DNA of 64,000 nucleotides from Helicobacter cetorum (GTDB lineage Bacteria; Campylobacterota; Campylobacteria; Campylobacterales; DZAY01): NCBI GenBank assembly GCA_022729735.1, contig DZAY01000005.1, positions 40,420 to 104,419 of the forward strand, read 5' to 3'. Shown piece by piece: positions 51,991 to 61,869 of this stretch (position 1 is its first letter; each line of letters starts with the position of its first letter). The notes under the pieces were generated by a model. It saw only the letters and a program-made list of their open reading frames with translations, ran no database searches and was not told where the DNA came from. The position numbers and the translations under genes were made by a program.

Positions 51991-52540
51991 AAGAGAGTTT
52001 TTTGTTTTATTTGTTGCTATTCTTTGGATAGTTGTTCTATTTAAAACTATTACTATTCCAAAAGATACAAATATTGAGATGGTTTTAGAAAAACAAAAAG
52101 TTGCTATAAAAACAATTAATGATGCAAAAAATATTGAATATAGCAAAAATTACTATATAGATATTATTGAATTTAAAAATGGCAAAAGTTTATATCACAA
52201 AGATTTTGGCTATTTTGGTGTAGATAGAGACTTTTTTATTACATTTAAGGCATCATTAGAAGTTTTAAAAGATGATAATTATAAGTTTTTAATTCACTCT
52301 GATGATGGTTTTATACTTAATATCAACTCAATTATGGTTGCAACTTTTGAAGGAAATAGACCAATAGCACCAACTGAAAGAGTTGCAAATTTAAAAAAAG
52401 GTGTTTATGATTTTGAACTTAAATATTATCAAGGTTATGGTAATTTAGGTTTAGAAGCATACTATTTTTGTGAAAACAAAAGATATTTTATTGGAGAAGA
52501 TTCTGATTGTATCAAATTTATAAAAAAGGAGAAAAAATGA
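51959..52540 (+). CDS. Membrane-anchored PA14-domain protein
   Basis: One TM, then YKFLIHSDDGFILNIN...LKKGVYDFELKYYQGYG, typical of PA14. Confidence 0.8.
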   Translation: MISGCLNQFSKREFFVLFVAILWIVVLFKTITIPKDTNIEMVLEKQKVAIKTINDAKNIEYSKNYYIDIIEFKNGKSLYHKDFGYFGVDRDFFITFKASLEVLKDDNYKFLIHSDDGFILNINSIMVATFEGNRPIAPTERVANLKKGVYDFELKYYQGYGNLGLEAYYFCENKRYFIGEDSDCIKFIKKEKK

Positions 52541-52995
52541 AAAAATTTTTGAAAATGTTACCAATTTTACCAATGTTATTAATAGGTGCTGATATGCCAC
52601 CAATGCCACCAGGAATGATTGATAACAAAGCTAATACAAAAGAGGTTAAAGTAGAAGATGTTAAAAAAGAAGAGACAAAGCAAGAAGATGTGAAGGGAAC
52701 ATTCCCTAAAGAGTGCGATATTATTCCACCAATGTTAATTATGTTGCCTCCTCAATTAAGTGCTGATTTAACACTTTGTAAAAATGCTCTGCATAAACCA
52801 AGTAGTGAAAAGGTTTTTGAAGCTTTAAAAACAAAACTTAAAGTTACAAAAGATAAAGAGTTAGAAATAGTTTCAGTTGAAAATTTAGAAAGCTTTTCAG
52901 AGTTATATCTAATTATTTACAAACATAAAGGTAAAGAGAAAAAGGTTTTAACAAATAGTGCTGTAACTAAATTTTTGACTTATAAGGAGTTTTAA
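52537..52995 (+). CDS. Exported Pro/Met-rich hypothetical protein
   Basis: Start reassigned to ATG 52537 (AGGAG RBS, ATGA overlap); signal peptide, MPPMPP and C..IPPM...LPP...C. Confidence 0.7.
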   Translation: MKKFLKMLPILPMLLIGADMPPMPPGMIDNKANTKEVKVEDVKKEETKQEDVKGTFPKECDIIPPMLIMLPPQLSADLTLCKNALHKPSSEKVFEALKTKLKVTKDKELEIVSVENLESFSELYLIIYKHKGKEKKVLTNSAVTKFLTYKEF

Positions 52996-54000
52996 TTGCA
53001 TATATTAGTAACAGGTGGAGCAGGTTATATTGGAAGTCATGTTGTAAAAGAGATTTTATGTAGTCAATCACATGCCAAAATAACAATTATTGATAATCTA
53101 TCCACAGGTTTTGTGCAAACGGTTGATACATTAAAAAATATTGCAAAAGAGAGAAGTAAAAAGCTTACTTTTATAGAAGCTTCTCTTAGCAATTGGGATA
53201 TGATTTGGGGAATTTTTAAGAGTGAGAAATTTGATGTGATAATACATTTTGCTGCGAGTTTGGTTGTGCCAGAGAGTGTGAGCAATCCTCTTAAATATTA
53301 TTTAAATAATACAGCAAATACAGCAAATTTAATTAGATTAGCTCAAATTTGTGGAGTTAAAAAATTTATATTTAGCTCAACAGCAGCAGTTTATGGAGAA
53401 CCTTCTATTGATAAAGTTCCAGTTTCAGAAGAGAGTCCAGTTTTGCCAATTAATCCTTATGGTTTTTCTAAACTATTTAGTGAGCAAATTTTAATTGATT
53501 CTTCAAAAGTAAATAGTGGATTTAAATATGTAATTTTGAGATATTTCAATGTTGCAGGTGGTGATGTTGATGGATTAATTGGTCAATCTACTCTAAATGC
53601 TACACATTTAATTAAAGTAGCTTGTGAAACAGCTCTTGGCAAAAGAGAAAAAATGTATATATTTGGTGATGATTACAATACAGCAGATGGAACATGTATT
53701 AGAGATTATATCCATGTTCAGGATTTAGCACTTGCTCATATTGAAGCACTAAAATGTGAAAGTAGCGAAATTTTTAATTGTGGTTATGGATATGGTTTTT
53801 CTGTAAAAGAGGTTATAAATACAGTAAAAAAAGTTAGTGGTGTAGATTTTAAAACTGAAATAGTTGATAAAAGAGCAGGAGACCCAGCAATTTTAATTGC
53901 AAATAGTGATAAGTTGCAAAAATTAACAAATTGGCGACCAAAATATAACTCATTAGAGTTAATATGCAAAAGTGCTTTAGAGTGGGAGAAAAAAATTTAA
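52996..54000 (+). CDS. galE: UDP-glucose 4-epimerase
   Basis: [37 protein letters not shown] and [11 protein letters not shown]. Confidence 0.95.
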   Translation: MHILVTGGAGYIGSHVVKEILCSQSHAKITIIDNLSTGFVQTVDTLKNIAKERSKKLTFIEASLSNWDMIWGIFKSEKFDVIIHFAASLVVPESVSNPLKYYLNNTANTANLIRLAQICGVKKFIFSSTAAVYGEPSIDKVPVSEESPVLPINPYGFSKLFSEQILIDSSKVNSGFKYVILRYFNVAGGDVDGLIGQSTLNATHLIKVACETALGKREKMYIFGDDYNTADGTCIRDYIHVQDLALAHIEALKCESSEIFNCGYGYGFSVKEVINTVKKVSGVDFKTEIVDKRAGDPAILIANSDKLQKLTNWRPKYNSLELICKSALEWEKKI

Positions 54001-54019
54001 TATTTTAGGAGTTTGGTTA

Positions 54020-55279
54020 GTGATTGATATAAAATTATTACAAAGCGATTTTGAAAAGGTAGCTAATAAATATGAGAGTAGAGGAGTTGATGTTAATCTT
54101 TTGGATAAATTAAAAACTTTAAATTTATCATATAAAAATAAGAGATTTGCATTAGAACAACTACAAGAGATAAAAAATAGAAAAAGTCAAGAGTTTGGAA
54201 CTTTAAAACGAGAAAAAAGAGATGTTGAAGCTGAAACTTTAAAAAAAGAGTTAGATGAAAATAAAAATCAAATTGCTATTTTAGAAGATGAAGTTAGCGT
54301 TTTAGAAGAAGAGTTAAACTCTTTAATTCAAATTATTCCAAATCTATTTGATGATGATGTGCCTTTGGGAGTTAGTGAAGATGATAATGTTGAGCTTAAA
54401 AAAATTTTAACTCCAAAAGAGTTTAACTTCACTCCAAAAGAGCATTGGGAGTTAGCAGAAATCAATGGTTGGATAGATTTTGAGCGAGGTGTAAAAATAT
54501 CAAAATCAAGATTTTCTATTATGGCTTCAATGGGTGCAAAATTGGAGAGAGCATTAATTAATTATATGCTTGATTTTAATAGTGAGCGAGGATTTAGTGA
54601 GTTTTGTGTGCCTCATATTGTAAATTATAATACACTATTTGGAACAGGACAACTTCCAAAATTTCAAGATGATTTGTTTAAAATTGATGGGGAAGAGCTT
54701 TATTTAATACCAACAGCAGAAGTTCCATTGACAAATATTTATGCTGATGAAATTTTAGAAGCCCACATGTTACCACTTAAATTGACTGCTTATACTCCGT
54801 GTTTTAGAAAAGAAGCAGGTAGTGCTGGACGAGATACAAGAGGAATAATAAGACAACACCAATTTGACAAAGTAGAAATTGTTGCAATAACTAAGCCAGA
54901 AGAGAGTGATAAAATTTTTGATGAGATGGTAAATTGTGCTTCAGATTTACTTAGCTCACTAGGACTTCCACATAGATTAATGATGCTTTGTAGTGGTGAT
55001 ATGGGATTTAGTGCTTCAAAAACTATTGATTTAGAGGTTTGGTTGCCTTCTCAAAATAGATATAGAGAGATTAGTTCAGTTTCAAATACAAGGGATTTTC
55101 AAGCAAGAAGAGCAAAAATTAGATTTAAAGATGGTAAAAAAAATAGGTTAGTTCATACTCTAAATGGTTCAAGTTTAGCAGTAGGTAGAACAGTTGTTGC
55201 TATTATGGAAAATTATCAAAATAAAGATGGAACGATTACTATTCCAGAAGTTTTAAGGAAATATTTAAAAAATGGCTGA
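54020..55279 (+). CDS. serS: Seryl-tRNA synthetase
   Basis: [31 protein letters not shown] and HTLNGSSLA. Confidence 0.97.
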   Translation: MIDIKLLQSDFEKVANKYESRGVDVNLLDKLKTLNLSYKNKRFALEQLQEIKNRKSQEFGTLKREKRDVEAETLKKELDENKNQIAILEDEVSVLEEELNSLIQIIPNLFDDDVPLGVSEDDNVELKKILTPKEFNFTPKEHWELAEINGWIDFERGVKISKSRFSIMASMGAKLERALINYMLDFNSERGFSEFCVPHIVNYNTLFGTGQLPKFQDDLFKIDGEELYLIPTAEVPLTNIYADEILEAHMLPLKLTAYTPCFRKEAGSAGRDTRGIIRQHQFDKVEIVAITKPEESDKIFDEMVNCASDLLSSLGLPHRLMMLCSGDMGFSASKTIDLEVWLPSQNRYREISSVSNTRDFQARRAKIRFKDGKKNRLVHTLNGSSLAVGRTVVAIMENYQNKDGTITIPEVLRKYLKNG

Positions 55280-57599
55280 TTCAGAAGATATTATAATCAT
55301 TGAAGATGAAGATGTCAAAGGCTCTAAAAAAGGTATATCTGAAAAAGATGAAAAGAGTATTAGAGAGACTATTAGAGAGCGAGAAAAGCGAAAGCGATTA
55401 ATAAAATATGCTCTAATTGGAGCTTTTGGATTTTTTGCTTTTTTAATTATGTTGATTTTAGTTCTAAAAAAAGAGCCAGAAGAGATTGTTACACATACAG
55501 ATGATTTAAGTCAGCAAATAAAATCTAAAAAATTAGAACCAGAAGAGATAACTGAAATTCACAGAATGATAACAAAAGCCAATATTTTATATGATATGGG
55601 AAATAAAAAAGAGGCTTTAGATATTTTTGATAGAATTTCTTCACTTAGCGAATCTACATCTAATTATAATTTAGGTGTTTTGCAAATGAGTGAAAAAAAT
55701 TATGAAAGTGCTTTAGAATCTTTTAAAAAAGCTTTAAATAATGAAGATGATAGATGTATATCAGCTATAAATGCTGGGGTATGTGCTTATAAGCTTAATA
55801 ATTTAGAGCTATTTAAATATTATATAGATTTAGCATATACTTATTTACCAAATGAAGCAAAATCACCACTTTACTCATATTACTATGGACTTATTAATTA
55901 CTACAAAGGTTTTTATTATGAAGCCATATCGCCACTAACTCATAAAAGTTCAAACTTTTATGAAGATACACATAACCATTTATTGGCTAAATTACATCTA
56001 TTTATGGATGATGAGATAAATGCTATTAAATATTTAGAGCGAACAAATAAAGATAGTGATGCTTTAGCACTTGGACTTTTGTATGCAAGAGTTGGCGAAT
56101 ATGATTTAGCTAAGAGCTCACTTTTACGAGCTTTATCTACTGGTAATAATCTATTGGAAATAAATATGGCATTAGCTTTGGTAAATCTCAAAATGGGAGA
56201 TATTGCAAATGGTGTCAATTATATATCTAAATCTTATGAAATGTTTGAAGATAAAAGTGCTGATGTATATCCAATTAGTGTAAAGCTTAGAGAGTCGCTA
56301 TTTGATATTAATATTGCTCAAAAGAATTTTATAGATGATTTATCTTTGGGTAAAGGTATCGCTTTTAAAATGCTTTTCTATTTTGCTCCATATAAAATTT
56401 TTAATATCAAGGAAAATTTAGATTTTGAAAAAAGTGGAGAGATGAATATTTATATAAATGAGAAAGATGATGCTATGGATATTTTGAGCAAAAGTGCAAA
56501 AATTTCTCAAGTAAATTTAAATATATCAAATGCAATTAGAAAAATTTTGGAACACAAAATTAGAGAAGCTAATGATATTTTAACAGTTGCTGTAACTACT
56601 TATCCAAAACACTCAATACTTCATTATAATTTAGCACTCTCTTATGCACAACTTGGAGATTATGAAAATGCTTCTAAACATTTTACAATGAGTTACCATT
56701 TAAATACTAAAAACCATTTAGCAGGTGTATTTGCTATGATTTCTTTAAAGCTTTTAGATAGAGATTATGCAAAACTATATGATACTTTATTAGAAGATTT
56801 GGGAGCTATTGAAAACCCAAAAGGTGATGATAAATTAGCAATAGATTTAATGCAATTTAATGAAGGAAGTTTAGGTCAAGTTTTAAATAGATTAAATGAA
56901 GAAAAAGTTCCAAATTCACCAATTGATGCCGTATTTGACACAATTATTGCAATATCTCACAAAGATATAAATGAACAGATAAAAAACTCACAAAGAGTTT
57001 TAGAAATACTTCCAAAAGATATTGTTGCACATATTTTGTATCTATTCGCAAACTATAATCAGTTACCAATCAAAGAGTTTGCAAAAAAATCACAAGAGTA
57101 TTTAAAAAGTGTTGAACTAAATTTTGAACCAATATATTATGGTTCTACTATTGCAAGAGAGTTTTACATAGATATTGCAAATATTTCTGGATTGCTATAT
57201 TTTTTAAAACAGAGTTTGCAAGAGCGAATGTTAGTTGAGACAAAAGATGTGCGAGGAATTATGCAATCTTTAGGATTAATTAATATCTATTTAGGATTTT
57301 TTGAAGAAGCATTTACAATTTATAATAAATTAATAGATGATTTCAAAGAAAGAGATGCACATACTCTATTTTTAGCAGCAACTTCAGCAATTGGAGCAGG
57401 ACATAAAGAAAATGCAATAGCACTTTTGGAATTAGCAAGATTAACTGATAAGTTTAATTTGGAAAACCGTTATGCTTTGGGACTTTTGTATCAAGAGGTG
57501 CGAAATTTAAAAGCAACACAAATTCAATATAGAGCAATGGGAAGCAAGCCATTTGAGTCTAAATATTTTGATTTTGATATTGCAAAAGAGGCAAAATAG
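55272..57599 (+). CDS. pflB: Flagellar motor accessory TPR protein PflB
   Basis: Acidic N-terminus, single TM and a long TPR array ending YFDFDI; directly after serS as in Campylobacter. Confidence 0.8.
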   Translation: MADSEDIIIIEDEDVKGSKKGISEKDEKSIRETIREREKRKRLIKYALIGAFGFFAFLIMLILVLKKEPEEIVTHTDDLSQQIKSKKLEPEEITEIHRMITKANILYDMGNKKEALDIFDRISSLSESTSNYNLGVLQMSEKNYESALESFKKALNNEDDRCISAINAGVCAYKLNNLELFKYYIDLAYTYLPNEAKSPLYSYYYGLINYYKGFYYEAISPLTHKSSNFYEDTHNHLLAKLHLFMDDEINAIKYLERTNKDSDALALGLLYARVGEYDLAKSSLLRALSTGNNLLEINMALALVNLKMGDIANGVNYISKSYEMFEDKSADVYPISVKLRESLFDINIAQKNFIDDLSLGKGIAFKMLFYFAPYKIFNIKENLDFEKSGEMNIYINEKDDAMDILSKSAKISQVNLNISNAIRKILEHKIREANDILTVAVTTYPKHSILHYNLALSYAQLGDYENASKHFTMSYHLNTKNHLAGVFAMISLKLLDRDYAKLYDTLLEDLGAIENPKGDDKLAIDLMQFNEGSLGQVLNRLNEEKVPNSPIDAVFDTIIAISHKDINEQIKNSQRVLEILPKDIVAHILYLFANYNQLPIKEFAKKSQEYLKSVELNFEPIYYGSTIAREFYIDIANISGLLYFLKQSLQERMLVETKDVRGIMQSLGLINIYLGFFEEAFTIYNKLIDDFKERDAHTLFLAATSAIGAGHKENAIALLELARLTDKFNLENRYALGLLYQEVRNLKATQIQYRAMGSKPFESKYFDFDIAKEAK

Positions 57600-58414
57600 T
57601 GGAGTGGAGATATATTTATAATAGCTTTGACCCAGTTGCAATAAATCTGTTTGGATTTCCAATCCACTGGTATGGAATAATGTATATTTTAGCACTTTTG
57701 TCAGCTCTTTGGATTGCAAAATGGATTGTCAAAAAAGATAATTTAAATATTAGTGATAAAGAGCTTGATAGCTATTTTATATATGTAGAAATTGGTGTAA
57801 TTTTAGGTGCAAGGATAGGTTATATTCTATTTTATGACCCAAATACAACATACTATTTATTAAATCCTTGGCAGATGTTTAATCCTTTTAAAAATGGAGA
57901 GTTTATTGGAATTCGTGGAATGAGCTATCATGGTGCATTAGTTGGATTTTTAATAGCTACATATATTTATACAATAAAACACAAAAAAGAGTTTTGGTAT
58001 CTTATGGATTTGGTTGCAATTTCAATACCATTAGCTTATGTGTTTGGTAGAATTGGAAACTTTTTAAATCAAGAGTTAATTGGAAGAGTTAGTGATGTGC
58101 CTTGGGCAATTGTTGTAGCTGGAGCCCCACGACATCCATCGCAATTATATGAAGCATTTTTAGAAGGTATTGTTGTATTTATCATTATCTACATTTATAG
58201 AAAATATAAGAGTTTCAGTGGTGAATTGGCTCTACTTTATGGTATTCTTTATGGTATTGCAAGAGCAGTTGCAGAACTTTTTAGAGAGCCAGATGCAGGA
58301 ATTGGATTTATATGTTGCGAATTTTTAACAATGGGACAACTACTCTCAATCACCATGATAACGGGTTCTGCAATATTTTATATATACTTAAAATATAAAA
58401 AGTTTAAATCATGA
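57599..58414 (+). CDS. lgt: Prolipoprotein diacylglyceryl transferase
   Basis: [40 protein letters not shown] and FREPD. Confidence 0.97.
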   Translation: MEWRYIYNSFDPVAINLFGFPIHWYGIMYILALLSALWIAKWIVKKDNLNISDKELDSYFIYVEIGVILGARIGYILFYDPNTTYYLLNPWQMFNPFKNGEFIGIRGMSYHGALVGFLIATYIYTIKHKKEFWYLMDLVAISIPLAYVFGRIGNFLNQELIGRVSDVPWAIVVAGAPRHPSQLYEAFLEGIVVFIIIYIYRKYKSFSGELALLYGILYGIARAVAELFREPDAGIGFICCEFLTMGQLLSITMITGSAIFYIYLKYKKFKS

Positions 58415-59310
58415 CAATTCAAAGAAAAGCGACAATAATTTCAAGCACAGTTGCTTTTTTGCTTGTAATTATCAAATTAATTGTAGGCTTACTTAGTGGT
58501 TCAGTAGCTGTAATTGCATCAGCAATTGATTCTATTTTAGATTTTAGTGTATCACTATTTAATCACTTTGCAGTTATAAATTCTGAAAAACCAGCAGATA
58601 GTAGATTTAATTATGGAAGAGGAAAAATTGAAGCTTTAGCTTCTGTAATTGAAGGTAGTGTTATTACTGTTTCAGGAGTTTTTATTCTGTATCAAGCTAT
58701 CAAAAAAGCTCTATATCCAGAAGAGATTTCACATTTAGATATATCAATTATAGTTATGTTAATCTCTTTTGTAGTTACTTTATTTTTAGTAGTTTTCTTA
58801 AACTTTGTCGCAAAAAAGAGCAATTCACTTCTCATCAAAGCTGATGCACTTCATTATAAAACCGACCTTTATAGCAATGGAGCAATTTTAATCTCTTTAG
58901 CTCTTATTTATGTTACAAACATCGGAGTTATTGACTCTATTATTGGAGGATTAATTGCAATTTATATTATATATTCAGCTTATGAAATTATAAAAGAAGG
59001 AACACTTATACTTTTAGATGTTTCATTGGAAGATGAATTAGTTGAGCAAATTAGAACTGTTATTAAAAGTGATAGTGATGTCAATAATTTTCATTGGCTA
59101 AGAACGAGAAAAGCTGGTAAATATAACTTTGTAGATGTCCATTTAGTGTTTAATAAGCAAATTTCGCTAATGGAAGCTCATCAAATTTCTGATAGAGTTG
59201 AAGAGCAAATAAAGCTTTTAGATGAAAAATCAGAATGGGTAATACATATACATTTAGACCCTGTTGATGACTCTTTTGCAATATCAGAAGCTCTAAAGAT
59301 AGACAAATGA
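58411..59310 (+). CDS. Cation diffusion facilitator (FieF-like)
   Basis: [36 protein letters not shown] and IHLDP. Confidence 0.92.
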   Translation: MTIQRKATIISSTVAFLLVIIKLIVGLLSGSVAVIASAIDSILDFSVSLFNHFAVINSEKPADSRFNYGRGKIEALASVIEGSVITVSGVFILYQAIKKALYPEEISHLDISIIVMLISFVVTLFLVVFLNFVAKKSNSLLIKADALHYKTDLYSNGAILISLALIYVTNIGVIDSIIGGLIAIYIIYSAYEIIKEGTLILLDVSLEDELVEQIRTVIKSDSDVNNFHWLRTRKAGKYNFVDVHLVFNKQISLMEAHQISDRVEEQIKLLDEKSEWVIHIHLDPVDDSFAISEALKIDK

Positions 59311-59355
59311 TAAAATTTATATTATAATAACTTATTAAAATAATAAGGAGTTATA

Positions 59356-59883
59356 ATGAAAAAAAGTCTTTTAATGTTGGGTATTGCTACTACTTTAACT
59401 TTTGCACAAGATAATTTACAAGATGTTGCAAAAAAATATAGTATGGATTATATGGAGAGTTTAAAAGGAAAACTTGTTTCTAAAATGCAAGAAGGTGGTC
59501 CTTTGAATGCAATCACATTTTGCTCAAATGAAGCTATAAGTTTAACTAATGAGTTTAACTCTAAAATAGATAAAAATGTATCAATTAAAAGAGTTTCAGA
59601 GCGAAATAGAAATCCACTAAATTTGCCAAATATAGCAGATTTAAAAGCTTTAGATGAGTTAGAACACTCAAGAAAAGAGTTTGTAACTTACGAAGACAAA
59701 AGTGAATTTAAATTTTATAAAGCTATCAAAATGGATACAAAATGTTTAGTATGTCATGGTAGTAAATCTGAAATTCCGACAGATGTTCAAGCTTTTTTAA
59801 CTAAAACATATAAAAATGATTTAGCAATCAACCATAAAGATGGAGATTTAAGAGGTGCGATTGTTGTAACTATTAAAAAATAG
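59356..59883 (+). CDS. Periplasmic monohaem cytochrome c (DUF3365/Tll0287-like)
   Basis: Signal peptide, AITFCS, KRVSERNRNPLN, CLVCHG and GDLRGA. Confidence 0.85.
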   Translation: MKKSLLMLGIATTLTFAQDNLQDVAKKYSMDYMESLKGKLVSKMQEGGPLNAITFCSNEAISLTNEFNSKIDKNVSIKRVSERNRNPLNLPNIADLKALDELEHSRKEFVTYEDKSEFKFYKAIKMDTKCLVCHGSKSEIPTDVQAFLTKTYKNDLAINHKDGDLRGAIVVTIKK

Positions 59884-61633
59884 TTATAGCACAGGCAGAA
59901 GCAATTTTAGTAAGTGGATTTTTGGCACTTTTTTTAAGATTTGCTAAAATCTCACCAATCTCATCATCACTCAAAGTATCTCGCTTTAGTGGCAATCCAA
60001 GAATTGCAGAACTAACAGTTAGAAGTGGAAATTTTTTCTTATTTCCATCTCTATCTTTAGCTATAATATATCCTCTTTCTCTATCTTCTAAATCATAAAA
60101 ACTTTCAACATCAGATTTAAACTTAGTTACAAGTGTATCAATTAATGAATGTATTTCAAAAAAGCTATTTTGATTTGCTTCAAATGCACAGAAAAAATCA
60201 TCTCCACCAATATGTCCAATGAAACAGTTTTTATCACCTAATATTTTTTTAAAAATATCAGCAAATAGTAAAATTGCTCTATCACCTTTTCTAAATCCAT
60301 ACTTATCATTAAATGGTTTAAAATTATCAAAATCAAAATATACTAAAAAAAACTCTTTTTCAACTGATGCAATAGCTTTTGAAATATATCGATTTATTGG
60401 ATTATTTCCAGCAAGTTTTGTAAGTGGGTTTTGCTCACTTGCTTGCATTAGATTTCGCTCATTAATTATATTTAATAAAGATTTTGCACTTAAAAATCCA
60501 ACATACTCTTCATTTGAGCTAATAATCAATCCAAAAGCTGTATCAGTAAATGAGAAAATTTCTAATACTTTTTCTAAATCTGTTTCTAAATCAGCAACAC
60601 CACATTTAGTAATAAAGCTTTCAATATTTTTATATTTATTTAAAAGTATAGATTTTCCATATTGAGAATAGACATATTCTCTCAAAGTTTCTTCTTTTAA
60701 AATTCCCAAAGGATGATTCATCTCATCTACGACAGGCAAGAAGTGTTCTTTATTTTTTCTAAAAATATCAAAGACATGATTTAAATCCAAAGTAACACAA
60801 ATTGGCTCCAATTTTGATAATTTGGACTCTATTATTTCTCTACTACTTTTATGTCGAGAATCTTTATTTGCAAGTTTTTCTATCTCATCATATCTATTAG
60901 TAAATAGCTCAATCTCTCTTTTGGGTTTTGATACAAAAAATCCTTGCATAAGCGAAACACCAAAATCTTTGTATAAAAAATATTCTAACTCACTCTCAAC
61001 ACCAAGAGCGATAGATGTTATTCCCATAGTTTTTGCGACATTCAAAATATTTCTAATAAAGAGTCTTTTTTTATAATCATCTATAATATCAACCATGTAA
61101 AATCTATCAAGTTTTATAAAATCTGGCTCTAAATGATATAAATATTTAAGCCCGCAAAAATCGTTTGCAAACTTATCAATTGAAATTTTAAATCCTTGCT
61201 GTTTATAAATTGTAAGCAAACTTTTTGTGTCATTAAATGAGTTACTATCAAATTTTTCAGATATTTCAAATGCAATTGAGTTAATATTTAAATCTATACT
61301 TTTTAAAAACTCTTTTGTATTACCTATCTTAAAGTTTGGCATTTGCAATATTCGACTATCTATATTATAAAAAAGCACACTTTTATCTTTATATCTACTC
61401 TTTTTAAATTTTAAAAATGCTTTTTTTCTTAATTCTAAATCAAGCGAATAGAGACTCTGCTCATAATATGCTTGATTTAAAAGAGAATCAATAGTATCAA
61501 ATCCAGATTCTTTGTAACCTCTAAGTAGAGCTTCAAAACCAAATAGAGTGCCACTATAACTATTTACAATAGGTTGAAAAGCATAATCTAAACTATTTAA
61601 AATATTGTGCCATTTTGAATCTAACATAATCAT
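59873..61633 (-). CDS. EAL(degenerate)-CBS-GGDEF c-di-GMP signalling protein
   Basis: FQPIV and FEALLR; DDFG replaced by DKFA and AEGVE by ALGVE; CBS pair; NPLTKL.GN, DFDNFKPFNDKYG and HIGGDDF. Confidence 0.9.
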   Translation of the reverse strand: MIMLDSKWHNILNSLDYAFQPIVNSYSGTLFGFEALLRGYKESGFDTIDSLLNQAYYEQSLYSLDLELRKKAFLKFKKSRYKDKSVLFYNIDSRILQMPNFKIGNTKEFLKSIDLNINSIAFEISEKFDSNSFNDTKSLLTIYKQQGFKISIDKFANDFCGLKYLYHLEPDFIKLDRFYMVDIIDDYKKRLFIRNILNVAKTMGITSIALGVESELEYFLYKDFGVSLMQGFFVSKPKREIELFTNRYDEIEKLANKDSRHKSSREIIESKLSKLEPICVTLDLNHVFDIFRKNKEHFLPVVDEMNHPLGILKEETLREYVYSQYGKSILLNKYKNIESFITKCGVADLETDLEKVLEIFSFTDTAFGLIISSNEEYVGFLSAKSLLNIINERNLMQASEQNPLTKLAGNNPINRYISKAIASVEKEFFLVYFDFDNFKPFNDKYGFRKGDRAILLFADIFKKILGDKNCFIGHIGGDDFFCAFEANQNSFFEIHSLIDTLVTKFKSDVESFYDLEDRERGYIIAKDRDGNKKKFPLLTVSSAILGLPLKRDTLSDDEIGEILANLKKSAKNPLTKIASACAITIF

Positions 61634-61646
61634 CTCTTTTTTGTCT

Positions 61647-61680
61647 ATCTTACCAAACTATAATTACAGCTTTTTTACAA
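61647..61680 (-). promoter_or_regulatory. Pho-box-like direct repeat plus extended -10 promoter
   Basis: Minus strand TTGTAAA-AAAG-CTGTAAT (61680-61663), 10 nt upstream of TAAGAT (61652-61647), which is preceded by TGG. Confidence 0.6.
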
Positions 61681-61869
61681 ACAATAAGAGACGACTAATT
61701 ACAATTTATAACTTCAAGTATAAAAAAATTATGAACTACTAAAAAGATTATTTAGTTTAGATTTTATTTTAATTATTAAATTACAAAATTTTGATATATA
61801 TATTGTGAGGTATTTAAGATTTGAGTTGGTAAAATGATGAAAAATGTTATTTTAAAGGTTTAAAAACAG

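Noticed and set aside
2250-61076. Short antisense or alternate-frame ORFs in the track (e.g. 3305-3628, 11045-11494, 31548-32027, 33646-34038, 60219-60665)
   Set aside because: They lie within well-supported genes and show shadow-ORF composition with no recognisable motifs.
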